Assembly (NCBI GenBank): GCA_000002435.2
Contig: CM018793.1
Source: Giardia intestinalis
Taxonomy: Eukaryota
Strand: one strand, 5' to 3'
Length of the DNA: 64,000 nucleotides
Under the pieces are notes generated by a model. That model searched no databases. It had not been told where the DNA came from and worked only from the letters and a program-made list of their open reading frames with translations. The position numbers and the translations under genes are program-made. Below are positions 11,425-20,886 of the stretch, in pieces; positions within the stretch are counted from its first letter, which is position 1, and each line of letters opens with the position of its first letter.

Positions 11425-13410
11425 ATGCCCCTTCCTGTTGGTGATATCTGTAGAAAATTCAATACCGTTGTGCAGATACTGATTCTGATGACTACCAGCA
11501 TCGTCCTGTTCTCCTCTCCCTTCTGCCTTGTCTACTATGTTTCTTTCTCATACAAATTAGATTTCCTTGGAATGCTTGTAAGTCCCGTGACTCTCGTGCT
11601 AGTTGCCTTGATTTATAATGTCTCTCTTTTAGTCTACACGGCGTGTCTATTCTTCTCTAGGACACGCGCTCCAGAGCTGGAGTCAGATGCCTACATGAAC
11701 AAACGGTCGAAGAGTGACCTTGAGCGACAGCACCTCCTAGCCAATGAGCACCCTCTAGGAGATGTGGATGTAGATGATCGGTATACGAGAACAGCAAAGA
11801 CTCACCTTGGCCCTCTTCAGAGCTTCTTTATGAGGTACATTAAAAGACATAACATCACGGCACTGGTCTTATTCTTGCTTTCCTGGGTATTCGCACTGGC
11901 TATAGCTTGTTATTATTATGCTCCTTTTAACCCAATTAAAATTAAGTCAATCAAACCATATCAAACCCTCGCATATTCGAATGCATCAGAATCCATTCAA
12001 ATCACGTGGAACAAAGACAAGTCGCGGGATAACAAGCTCCTGGTGTTCAAAGAAAACTGGATGCCAACCCGGGACGACATGGTGAACCCCTCTCTGTGGG
12101 ATGAGATTGTCCCATCTGTTAACAGCAATCAGCGCTACGCAGTCTTTACTAATTTGACACCGGGGCGATGCTACTACTACTATGTCCCATCATTTACGAC
12201 ATCAGATGAGCTTAATAGCATGTGCCTCCTCCCCACTGATGCCCAGCCAACAATAGCGATTATCGCTGATATGGATTCCTCCCCGTACATCAATCGGCTG
12301 CTCAACGAGAGATTGCATAGTCTCAACCCAAATCTGACAGTCCTCCTGGGCAACATGGTGAAGTTTGGAACTCAGGAATCTGAATGGCTACTATTTATGC
12401 AATCGCAGGGGGTGTTCAACTATTTTCGAAAAAATCCTGCTGTTGCACTTCCGGGTTTTAAAGAATCTAAGGGGTCTGCCTTCTTTTCAAATCGCCCCCG
12501 TTACTTCTATTCCCTGGTGTTTTCTGACTCCCAAGTTCTTTCTCGACACAACAATAACAGTAACAGCAGCAACAGCAAGGCCCACTATAGCACAGAGGTA
12601 GCCAAGAGTACGCAACCCATATTGCATCGACGCACACACTCATACACCCCCAAGACCGTCAGTTCTAAGCCACAGCCATATTACACAGACGATGATATGA
12701 AGTATATACCAGAGCATCTGCGCGAATACTATCATGATGAGCAAGTGATATTGGAGCAACAGGAGACAGTGGGCGAGTACAAATACTATATAACCGGTGA
12801 TATGGCCCTCGTCCTCTTGGATTCGATGCAAGAAACCAAGCGTGCACACAAATATAAGGTCCGGCTTGGCTCATTTTTGACGGTTGAGCAGGTCAATTGG
12901 TTAGTTTCAATCCTGGAGACCGATGCTGTGAAACGGGTATCACATGTGGTCTTGTTTGTGCAGGCACCTCTTTATAGCACAGCTGAATTCAGCGGGGTAA
13001 CACTGCTTGCAGAGTTACTCGAGCCGATTATTTGTACATATAGGATCTCTGCTGTCTTTGCTGCAGATTCACGTATTTATGAACTCTATCATGATAGCAA
13101 CACCTGTAGTACATATGGGGTCAACCACACCTTCCTTCACGTAACAGTTGGTAGCGGAGGCTCGCCGCCTGCGTCCATGCTATCCCTCTTTCTGGGGAAG
13201 CGGCGCTGGAATGCACTGAGCTACTCTGCCAACTCCTCTGGAGAGGATCCAGAGCCTGCCAACGGCCTGCGTACCAGGGTGTATGCAAGGTCAGGGTTTA
13301 CATATGCGACACTGGCTCTTACTACGGATCATGCATTAGTGGTTACCGCGTACGATATCACCACAGGAAAAGAGGTCAGCAACTTTCAGCTATCCGTGCA
13401 GAAGCGATGA
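11425..13410 (+). CDS. Membrane-anchored purple-acid-phosphatase-like / calcineurin-like metallophosphoesterase homologue, 661 aa; metal-binding motifs look degenerate
   Basis: N-terminal TM helices, then an FN3-like segment (IQITWNKDKS...YAVFTNLTPGRCYYYYV). Blocks IAIIADMDSSPY, LTVLLGNMVKFG and HVVLFVQAPLYST resemble PAP blocks GDxG, GDxxY and VxxH, with the key D/H/Y replaced. Confidence 0.5.
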   Translation: MPLPVGDICRKFNTVVQILILMTTSIVLFSSPFCLVYYVSFSYKLDFLGMLVSPVTLVLVALIYNVSLLVYTACLFFSRTRAPELESDAYMNKRSKSDLERQHLLANEHPLGDVDVDDRYTRTAKTHLGPLQSFFMRYIKRHNITALVLFLLSWVFALAIACYYYAPFNPIKIKSIKPYQTLAYSNASESIQITWNKDKSRDNKLLVFKENWMPTRDDMVNPSLWDEIVPSVNSNQRYAVFTNLTPGRCYYYYVPSFTTSDELNSMCLLPTDAQPTIAIIADMDSSPYINRLLNERLHSLNPNLTVLLGNMVKFGTQESEWLLFMQSQGVFNYFRKNPAVALPGFKESKGSAFFSNRPRYFYSLVFSDSQVLSRHNNNSNSSNSKAHYSTEVAKSTQPILHRRTHSYTPKTVSSKPQPYYTDDDMKYIPEHLREYYHDEQVILEQQETVGEYKYYITGDMALVLLDSMQETKRAHKYKVRLGSFLTVEQVNWLVSILETDAVKRVSHVVLFVQAPLYSTAEFSGVTLLAELLEPIICTYRISAVFAADSRIYELYHDSNTCSTYGVNHTFLHVTVGSGGSPPASMLSLFLGKRRWNALSYSANSSGEDPEPANGLRTRVYARSGFTYATLALTTDHALVVTAYDITTGKEVSNFQLSVQKR

Positions 13411-13458
13411 CTTGCTATCACCACTATTGCACACCCACAGACCCCTTAGAGATCCATC

Positions 13459-14913
13459 TCACTTGTATTCTTTTATCTTGTCCAACAGCATATTGAATTT
13501 GGCGTTTATTTCTTTCTCTCTAATGTTTTCACTCAAGCTCTTCTTCAGCCATGTGCGGTTTTGATGAGCCAGAGCTTGTTCGCAAGACTTCGTCTCCTGC
13601 TCTTCTAATCTCACTGCCAATTTTAGATGTTGCATCTCCTGTTTTTCAAGCTCCCTCTCCTGTTGTCTGGCCATTTTCTTGAAGTGCATATCTCTGTCGT
13701 ACTCTTGCTTGAGTGCAACAGCCTCTTCTTTCTTACGAGCAATGTAGCTAAGTTGGGCATTGTGAATATCTTTCCTTATCGCACGGGCCTCCTCTCTGTC
13801 TCTGTCTTGCTGCTCCTTTTCCTCCATAGCTCTTTGGCCACGTTCATGCCTCGCCTCGTCATCAGCGTCTTTTAGAAATTCTTTCACCCTTATCTTATGT
13901 GCCCGCAGTATATTAATTTTATCCTCTGGGCCTGCGTAGCAATCCATCATCCTCTCAGCAGCCTTCTCCGATATTTTTGCCTGCCGCTTGCTCTCAATTA
14001 AAGAATCTACGAATTCTTGGTTTTTAATTGCTTCGAGTCTCCGCTGCTCGGCCTCCTGGGCGGCTCGTAACTTCATTTCGTTCATGTATTCATGTGCTTT
14101 TCTGCTCTCCTCCTCCTTCTCTGCCTGTTTAATGGAATCTTGAACCTTCCTTATTTCATCTTCCTGTTTTTTAAATTCTTCTACTTCACGTTGGTAGTCA
14201 GCCTTCTTCTTTAGCTCTTTTTCACTATCAGCTGCACGCTCAGTATAGATCTCTGTTAATATATCTTTTATCTCTTGCCTTTCTTGCTTGAGTCTCTCCT
14301 GCTTTTCTTCGTCGGCTTTGCGTTTATTGTCCGCAATGGTCTCCAGCTGCAATCTGGCCGCTTCTGTGTCTGGACGATGAGTTTGCCGAAGGTACATGGT
14401 GTTCCGTTTGTTGAACAGGCCTCTTGCTTCCTTCTCTGTTGACTCTAGGAGAGGCAAGAGGGCAGCCTTTTCATCGATACTCATGGAGTAGTCAACTACT
14501 GCTACTGTGTTATTCGTCAATAGTTTAACGAGGGCATCTGCTTTTATGGCAGATGAAGCGCTAGTAGACATCGATTTGGTATCAGATGGTAGAAAAGGCT
14601 CCACATTAGACTCTGAGACAATAGGGTCTCTACCACCAGACTGGGGGCTCATGATGTGTAGTGGGGTCGTAGATAAGCGCATAACCTTGTAGGTCTGTGG
14701 TGTCTGGGCGGTTAGCTCAGCGTTACTGACCCGTGATCCCGAGAGCGAAGCAAGGAGCGATACGGGCTGCGACGGGCGTAATCTGCCAGGAGTTTGTGTA
14801 GATTGCGATGCTATCGGCAAAATGGGCTCAGCAGGCACGGTTATACCTAGATGATCTAGAACATTAAAAGCCATCTGAATTTTAGTGAATTTCCACCTCA
14901 AGACCTTAAGCAA
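13459..14913 (-). CDS. Charged coiled-coil protein (E/K/R-rich), 484 aa
   Basis: About 300 aa of continuous E/K/R/Q heptad-like sequence (KKADYQREVEEFKKQEDEIRKVQDSIKQAEKEEESRKAHEY...). Confidence 0.55.
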   Translation of the reverse strand: MLKVLRWKFTKIQMAFNVLDHLGITVPAEPILPIASQSTQTPGRLRPSQPVSLLASLSGSRVSNAELTAQTPQTYKVMRLSTTPLHIMSPQSGGRDPIVSESNVEPFLPSDTKSMSTSASSAIKADALVKLLTNNTVAVVDYSMSIDEKAALLPLLESTEKEARGLFNKRNTMYLRQTHRPDTEAARLQLETIADNKRKADEEKQERLKQERQEIKDILTEIYTERAADSEKELKKKADYQREVEEFKKQEDEIRKVQDSIKQAEKEEESRKAHEYMNEMKLRAAQEAEQRRLEAIKNQEFVDSLIESKRQAKISEKAAERMMDCYAGPEDKINILRAHKIRVKEFLKDADDEARHERGQRAMEEKEQQDRDREEARAIRKDIHNAQLSYIARKKEEAVALKQEYDRDMHFKKMARQQERELEKQEMQHLKLAVRLEEQETKSCEQALAHQNRTWLKKSLSENIREKEINAKFNMLLDKIKEYK

Positions 14914-14994
14914 GGACCTTAAAGCAGATGCCTTGATTACATTAGTAGCTTTAGACTCAATAAGAATTCAGTAAGGATTTACTAATAAAGACGA

Positions 14995-15855
14995 TTACGA
15001 AGTGACTGGCTTCAGTGATCCGATTACCTTTTGGACAGCAAGGACAGTCTGCACGAGGTCGCTGACGACATAGCCACAGGCCATGGCTCTGTGCTCACTT
15101 CCAATAAGCTCTGTCACATCTATACCCAAGAGAAGGTTAATTGTCTCCTGCACAAGGACCAAGATTTCCGGGTCCACATCTGCTTCTCTTTCCTCAAGGT
15201 GAGAAATAATGTGGCGAATTTCCTCTTCAAGAATCTGAAGAGCGGCCGAATATTGCCTAATCTGCATAGGAAAGGTGGAACTTCCTGTGTGAGACGTTAT
15301 TGCTCCAGTAGAGACGGAGTTATCTGTGGCAGAGTCCCCGCTCAAAACGACCCGCTCAACGTCTGAAACCATGACCTTTGATGCAATAAGGTGTGCAGAT
15401 ATCACCCCATTGACTGTAGCGAAGGCGTATGCACGAATGCACGGTCTGTAAACATCGATGTCCGAACTGAGCTCAGTGCAATCGACACACAGTAGAACCT
15501 TTGTGTGATCATTCTTAAACCCTAGGTGCTCGTGGATGACCATATCTGCAACCTGAATGGCAGTCCCACTTGTGTACCAACCCACCACACCCTCGAAGTG
15601 GTAGACGCGTTGGTAGAGAGACAGCATCTTCTTCTGGTACAGCATGTCTATATAAAATACGCCATCCTGCCCGCGAGCTTCAGAAAATGGAACGGGAAAG
15701 CTCGTTGTTACCCGCACCGTTCCCTCTGAACAGGTGCCAATTAAACAGCCCAACACTCGGCGGTTTTCCGGTCCACCATCTGCAAGTATTCGCCGACGGT
15801 GATCTGCGACGGATAAGATGACTGTTGGGCTGACCTGGACCTCAAGCTGAGCCAT
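14995..15855 (-). CDS. MPN-domain protein without JAMM histidines (Rpn8/Mov34-type proteasome lid or eIF3f/h-like subunit)
   Basis: VSPTVILSVADHRRRI...RVLGCLIG...SFPVPFSE...FYIDMLYQKKM...EGVVGWYTSG parallels Rpn8 VHPLVLLSVVDH...VVGVLLG...FAVPFDED...ERIVGWYHTGP. WYTSG shows no HxH zinc site. Confidence 0.7.
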   Translation of the reverse strand: MAQLEVQVSPTVILSVADHRRRILADGGPENRRVLGCLIGTCSEGTVRVTTSFPVPFSEARGQDGVFYIDMLYQKKMLSLYQRVYHFEGVVGWYTSGTAIQVADMVIHEHLGFKNDHTKVLLCVDCTELSSDIDVYRPCIRAYAFATVNGVISAHLIASKVMVSDVERVVLSGDSATDNSVSTGAITSHTGSSTFPMQIRQYSAALQILEEEIRHIISHLEEREADVDPEILVLVQETINLLLGIDVTELIGSEHRAMACGYVVSDLVQTVLAVQKVIGSLKPVTS

Positions 15856-16170
15856 AGCAAACTCCTAGTTTAATTAAAACCCTGTTACCCTGTTTCAATC
15901 AGGCATCATCAACAGCTCCCATCAATCCGCTGGAAGCCCTCTGTGCTGCTTCATCTGTGTATGCTCTGTGGTAGTGGTGTCGTGGACTTGCGCAGACGCT
16001 AGACAACGTGCTAATTTTCGGTCTTTTTGTACGTTGATGGGAGATGTACCCACAGAGTAACACTCCTAACATTATTACCTGTTAGGTACACTGATCGAAA
16101 TTGACCGGGGCGATCTGAGAGCATAAAGGTCAAAGCCATGGACACTATTCGGGATGTGAGTGGCTAACTT

Positions 16171-16193
16171 GCATGCATGCATGCATGCATGCA
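16171..16193. repeat. (GCAT)n microsatellite, about 5.75 units, in a 540-bp intergenic region
   Basis: gcatgcatgcatgcatgcatgca read directly; self-complementary (GCATGC palindromes). Confidence 0.9.
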
Positions 16194-16394
16194 CTTGTAG
16201 CTAAAACCGTGGGGCAAAGGTCACTTGGGCTCTTTCGTAACCTGTCTGTGACCGTAGCAAAGCGCTCGGGCTGATTAAAGAAATCTATGGTTGTGTTTAC
16301 CTTTTTGGACACGTAAACGCACGCGCTTAATTACGTAGCCGGCCACGAAAGCAATTGAATGAAGGTAAATTTGACTTTGGGTAAATAAAGTTAA

Positions 16395-17033
16395 ATGTGG
16401 CCCACCTTCGCTAAATATGAAGAGTACTATGACTTCACTGTCTCGCGTTCCATAGAAAAGGATTGCTACTGTTATACTTTAGCCCCATCATCACCCATTT
16501 CTGTTCCTGGTGTAATCAAATTTTTGAACTGCTACTTCTCCTCCGTGCTAATACTTTTCACTCACGTTAATACGTCAACTCGCGTACAGGCCACGGAGTG
16601 GATTCAGCTCATGCCAACTCCATACCTTGCCGAGGGAGGTACAGATGTCTTTACAATTTACCGCGAAGCCTTTCTTCCACCGTACAACAAAGAGAATGGT
16701 GCCTTAGATAAGCTAGAACTAATACATCTTCTTTGCAAGCAGCCATCGCCAATGTGGGCCAACACCTCATTGTCACAATTTACTCTGTTTCATCGCATAT
16801 ATACCGATGTGTCGCGCTTGACACAGCCGCAGGCGCCCCAAATGATGTTTCAAGACAGATGCGAGCGGAATGGTACGCTTGTTTCCAAGAAAATATATAC
16901 ATTATTAAATTCCATCGCAGGGGCTCAGTACTACCTAGAGCAAGTTCAGGAACTGGATAAGAACGCACAGGTAAGCCCCACTACCAACCCAACTTCCACA
17001 GATGTCATTTGCACAGACTTGTCTAAGTACTGA
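16395..17033 (+). CDS. Hypothetical protein, 212 aa
   Basis: ORF with AAATAAAGTTAA upstream of ATG; no domain recognised. Confidence 0.4.
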   Translation: MWPTFAKYEEYYDFTVSRSIEKDCYCYTLAPSSPISVPGVIKFLNCYFSSVLILFTHVNTSTRVQATEWIQLMPTPYLAEGGTDVFTIYREAFLPPYNKENGALDKLELIHLLCKQPSPMWANTSLSQFTLFHRIYTDVSRLTQPQAPQMMFQDRCERNGTLVSKKIYTLLNSIAGAQYYLEQVQELDKNAQVSPTTNPTSTDVICTDLSKY

Positions 17034-17046
17034 GTCCGGCCCACCA

Positions 17047-18819
17047 TCAGTCGATGCTCTCAATGTAATTTTCTAACTTAACAAACGTAGGAAAATCGAT
17101 ATAAGAGGTTCTAGCATACATTTGATTGCAGATGTCCTCAATTATTGCCCTTTTCCTATCGTGGTCTCTCTCCGAAAGATCCTGTCTCCACAGCCTATGC
17201 CGAGAAGAGGCAACGGACTGGTCTGCTTGGCGTCCCTTCTCCACACGCGGAAAGTACCTGTAGCGCCAGCTGACTGCAAAAGCGTGAGGTGGCATGACAT
17301 AAGGTGTTCCCGTGGTCGTGGTCGTGGAGGTGCTTGTGCTAACATTCATTCCGGGGGCGCGTGCATATCGTCCACCAGCCGAGCCCGGCGGGAGCTCAAT
17401 TCGCATGTGCCCAGGGATTCTCACCCTCGCTGGGTGCATCAGCATAGCACCGTTCATTGGGTACTTATTTATCTGGGCCACATGGGGAGGGAGCTCTCGC
17501 CCAGCCTGCTCTACGGCCACCCGATTCATTCTTGCTGATAATGACGTGTCTACTTGCAGTGCCATAACACTAGGAGGAACGCATGTGCGGGCAGAATGAG
17601 TTTCATAGGAGTTCCTGTACTTTGCGGCGGCATCTGCCAGCAATCCCCCAAGGCAACCTCTTGTGATACGAGCATCCCTCTGCTCTCTACCGGGTCTCTC
17701 AATGAGCTTCTCCTCGTCTTCCTCAAGGAACCCGTAGAGCTCGTTATTGATAAAACCAGAATCTACGCCAAAATCGGGCAACATTGCGGTAAGGAGCTCT
17801 TCTGACATGTTAGATGTAAGACCACTACTCTCTATTAACTTGGAATATTCGCCACCTTCCAGTTTGAGATTAGAGTAACTACTTGCACTTCGTATTATAG
17901 CGTTTTGTAGATTGGCTGAGTTGATAAAGGGATAGCGCCCCTGATTATAGCTAACGGGACCCTGCATCTGCCCTGGATGCTGAGCATTTGGGACGGTACC
18001 TATCCGGCTTAACGAGGACTTTATTAGTGTGTCACATATAGTGTTATTTAGAGTGTCTCGGAATAATAGCACGTGACTAGATTGAGAGCCATCTCCCTTA
18101 TATGTATGGTCTAAGATCGCTCCAGATAGGATATCTCGCTGAGCCTGAGTGAATGTGTACTTCCCATAAACGCGTGAAGGAGACGTAGCCGCAAGACAAA
18201 CCCGGGTGTTGAACTGTCTTGCGACCTCTGCTTCTCCTAGTTCAGTAAGGGAGCCTCCTAGATTAGCGTAGAAAGCCAGAATTGCAATCGCCTGACTAAA
18301 CTGGACGTAGTTGTCCCTCAGCTCCTCGTCAGTACCTCTAAGTACATATTTATCGTTAGTAAAATTCTGCTTCCAGAGAATAATATTTGCGTACTGCTGA
18401 AATGCATGCAGACAGGTGACAGGTGAAAAGTCTCTGTGCTTAAGTCGTGACGAAACGGCGATGAAGTTGAAGCTGTTCTCTCTTGTTAGGTCAACGATTT
18501 CCACTAGCTGCGCGAAGGACCAGCGAGGGAAGTCGTTTATATGCAATAAGTAGGAATAGTAGCGCTCTTCCGATAAAAGGGGGAATGGAGGAATAGTAAG
18601 GCTTTTGATTGTGCTCCTGTAGCGATTAACCAGGCTCTTGCCGCTTTCGTTTGCGAAGGGTGTCAGTAGTGCCACCGGAGGGATGTATCGATGGTCGCTT
18701 GCAGTTGGATGTACATCAGAGAGCTGCCCTGTTACTAAAACCTTGGTGGCTGGTTTAATATAATGCTGAAGAGATGCAAATGGATGATTGGAGGCCCTGG
18801 GTTCATTGTTGTTGCTCAT
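17047..18819 (-). CDS. Hypothetical protein, 590 aa
   Basis: Long ORF; no domain recognised. Confidence 0.5.
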   Translation of the reverse strand: MSNNNEPRASNHPFASLQHYIKPATKVLVTGQLSDVHPTASDHRYIPPVALLTPFANESGKSLVNRYRSTIKSLTIPPFPLLSEERYYSYLLHINDFPRWSFAQLVEIVDLTRENSFNFIAVSSRLKHRDFSPVTCLHAFQQYANIILWKQNFTNDKYVLRGTDEELRDNYVQFSQAIAILAFYANLGGSLTELGEAEVARQFNTRVCLAATSPSRVYGKYTFTQAQRDILSGAILDHTYKGDGSQSSHVLLFRDTLNNTICDTLIKSSLSRIGTVPNAQHPGQMQGPVSYNQGRYPFINSANLQNAIIRSASSYSNLKLEGGEYSKLIESSGLTSNMSEELLTAMLPDFGVDSGFINNELYGFLEEDEEKLIERPGREQRDARITRGCLGGLLADAAAKYRNSYETHSARTCVPPSVMALQVDTSLSARMNRVAVEQAGRELPPHVAQINKYPMNGAMLMHPARVRIPGHMRIELPPGSAGGRYARAPGMNVSTSTSTTTTTGTPYVMPPHAFAVSWRYRYFPRVEKGRQADQSVASSRHRLWRQDLSERDHDRKRAIIEDICNQMYARTSYIDFPTFVKLENYIESID

Positions 18820-18888
18820 GAAAAGTTACTTTAGATCTGGAAGTTTAAATTTGGAAGCTCTATTGTTGGCATTACCGGTGAGTTCATC

Positions 18889-20709
18889 ATGAGGCCAACT
18901 CCTAGTTCTTCCAAGAACACTACAACGCCTCAGGGACCGGGAGATCTCTCTGCAAGTTCTTCTAATTCCGTTCGCCCGTCGCATAGGACGCAGTTGATAC
19001 ACAGTTCAAAGGGAACCAGTGAGAATGCTACCAATGATAATCTAATACGTTTGACACAAGAAAATCTATATTTACGGACGAGACTAGAGCAAAGCAAGGT
19101 CTTATTACGGGATATCACCAATGCAGCAAAGATTAATAATAGCCAGTTGGAGTTAATGAAGACCTATAAAGAACAGTATGAGGGAATGTCCAAGCGTTTA
19201 GCAGATGTAGAAGCAGCGTACTTAGCAGATGCCGAACGGCTCCAGCAACTCTTGGCTGACAATCAAGTATTACAGCGTCAAATTGGAGAACTAACTGTGG
19301 TAAACAATGCCTACTGTGAAGCCTTGACAGGCCTTCAGAGTATGCACGGGGAGATGGTTGAGACCCATACAAAGGCTGTCACTTCCAATCCAACCCTGGC
19401 TTTGTCAACAGATTATACTGCACTTAATAATGCACTTAAGAAAGACGTCCAAAAACAGCTGCTAGCAGGCATTGAGTCTAGCTTAATGCAGCTAATATCA
19501 AAGCACGATCCTTCTACCGCAAACGCCGGACGTGGAACGTCTAGAAGCATAATATCTAAATCTAAATCCAAATCAAATAGTACAATTAACAATTTACAAA
19601 TAAAATTAGACAGATTGGCAGTAAAATCTAGGTCGCGAAGCAGCTCTTATGGCGCTCATAAAAGGAAGGAATCTGGAAAAGTCGCAAGAACAGCCAGTAG
19701 CGGAGCTAAGCGAGCTCGTAGCACGGGCGGCTCTGGAACTGCTTCTACAAAGGTCACTCTTGATCAAGTTACTAGGTTAACATTTAAAGAAGCGGAGACA
19801 CCGCGACAAAATATTGAGCCAAGACCATCGTTGTCCGAGTATCCGTACAGAGATTCCTCTCATGTATCTTCAGAACTGGAGGGATCTAGGGTCCCCGACA
19901 ATAGCTTTACAGCACGAGATGTGGGCACAATAGAAAGCGGGGGATGTACGCCTTCCTTTTCTACTAAGGGTGCTCAGTCGAGTCAAGTAACCCCTGGTAC
20001 AAGCAATCCTCAACCGAAGCGGTCCACCACACTTAGTGACACCCTTCAAGGAGGCGATGTTTATGGGAGTACTGATAACGTTGCCTTTGTGTCGGTCAAC
20101 ACATCACTAGTTAATGAGAAAATAGACCATGCAGAGCAAGGACTGCACCAAGGAGTAGTAGCTCCTGGGCACATCTCCGAATTTTATAAGCAGCATATCC
20201 GGACAGTTACTGAGCCTCTACTGCAAAGCATTGCTGGCCTAGAACATGATAATAAAACACTACAAGTTGTAGTGGAATCTAAGGACAAGGAGATATGCAT
20301 GTTAAAGGAAATGTTAGCTAGATTATATGCTAAGCCAGAAGGCATACAACCAGGTTCAATTGCTCCAGCATTTTCAGAATCATCGTCCACTATAGGCAGT
20401 AGTGCTGAATATTCTAATCGTTTGTCTAATAATAGCACATCCTATTCGCATACAGATAGAGGACTCAAAGACATGGAATCCATTGGTATGTGTACAGGGA
20501 GCGGACTTAATACGAGTAACACTAGTTTAAGATGCAAGGATCTAAACACATCTAAGGATGCGCTAGGCTCTAGCTCTCCTCGTAAAGACTACAAAATAGC
20601 GTCATCTGGGGACTATGCCGTGTTGAGCGATGTTGAACGGGTGCGCAGCATTTTGCAAGACGTGGAGAAGATGCAGCAACAAATAGTTTCTGAAACGCCG
20701 AGCTCTTGA
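18889..20709 (+). CDS. Hypothetical protein with an N-terminal coiled-coil and a Ser-rich C-terminal half, 606 aa
   Basis: Long ORF; LTQENLYLRTRLEQSKVLLRDITNAAKINNSQLELMKTYKEQYEGMSKRLADVEAAYLADAERLQQLLADNQVLQRQIGEL. Confidence 0.5.
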   Translation: MRPTPSSSKNTTTPQGPGDLSASSSNSVRPSHRTQLIHSSKGTSENATNDNLIRLTQENLYLRTRLEQSKVLLRDITNAAKINNSQLELMKTYKEQYEGMSKRLADVEAAYLADAERLQQLLADNQVLQRQIGELTVVNNAYCEALTGLQSMHGEMVETHTKAVTSNPTLALSTDYTALNNALKKDVQKQLLAGIESSLMQLISKHDPSTANAGRGTSRSIISKSKSKSNSTINNLQIKLDRLAVKSRSRSSSYGAHKRKESGKVARTASSGAKRARSTGGSGTASTKVTLDQVTRLTFKEAETPRQNIEPRPSLSEYPYRDSSHVSSELEGSRVPDNSFTARDVGTIESGGCTPSFSTKGAQSSQVTPGTSNPQPKRSTTLSDTLQGGDVYGSTDNVAFVSVNTSLVNEKIDHAEQGLHQGVVAPGHISEFYKQHIRTVTEPLLQSIAGLEHDNKTLQVVVESKDKEICMLKEMLARLYAKPEGIQPGSIAPAFSESSSTIGSSAEYSNRLSNNSTSYSHTDRGLKDMESIGMCTGSGLNTSNTSLRCKDLNTSKDALGSSSPRKDYKIASSGDYAVLSDVERVRSILQDVEKMQQQIVSETPSS

Positions 20710-20868
20710 AGTCACAAACAGTCGCATTGAGCATTGGGACTCTTTTATCCGGTGCCAATATAACTTAACCACGTATGACCTCTGAGTGACCCCTTGTGCC
20801 TCGAAGGTTTCAAGTTTTGTAAATTGTTATCTTGCTTGCTAATCATATCAACTCAATCCTATCTATCC

Positions 20869-20880
20869 AAAAATTAAAAC
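20869..20880 (+). promoter_or_regulatory. AT-rich initiator-like element AAAAATTAAAAC, 6 nt upstream of the ATG at 20887
   Basis: Identical 12-mer to 8814..8825. Confidence 0.4.
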
Positions 20881-20886
20881 GGAACA

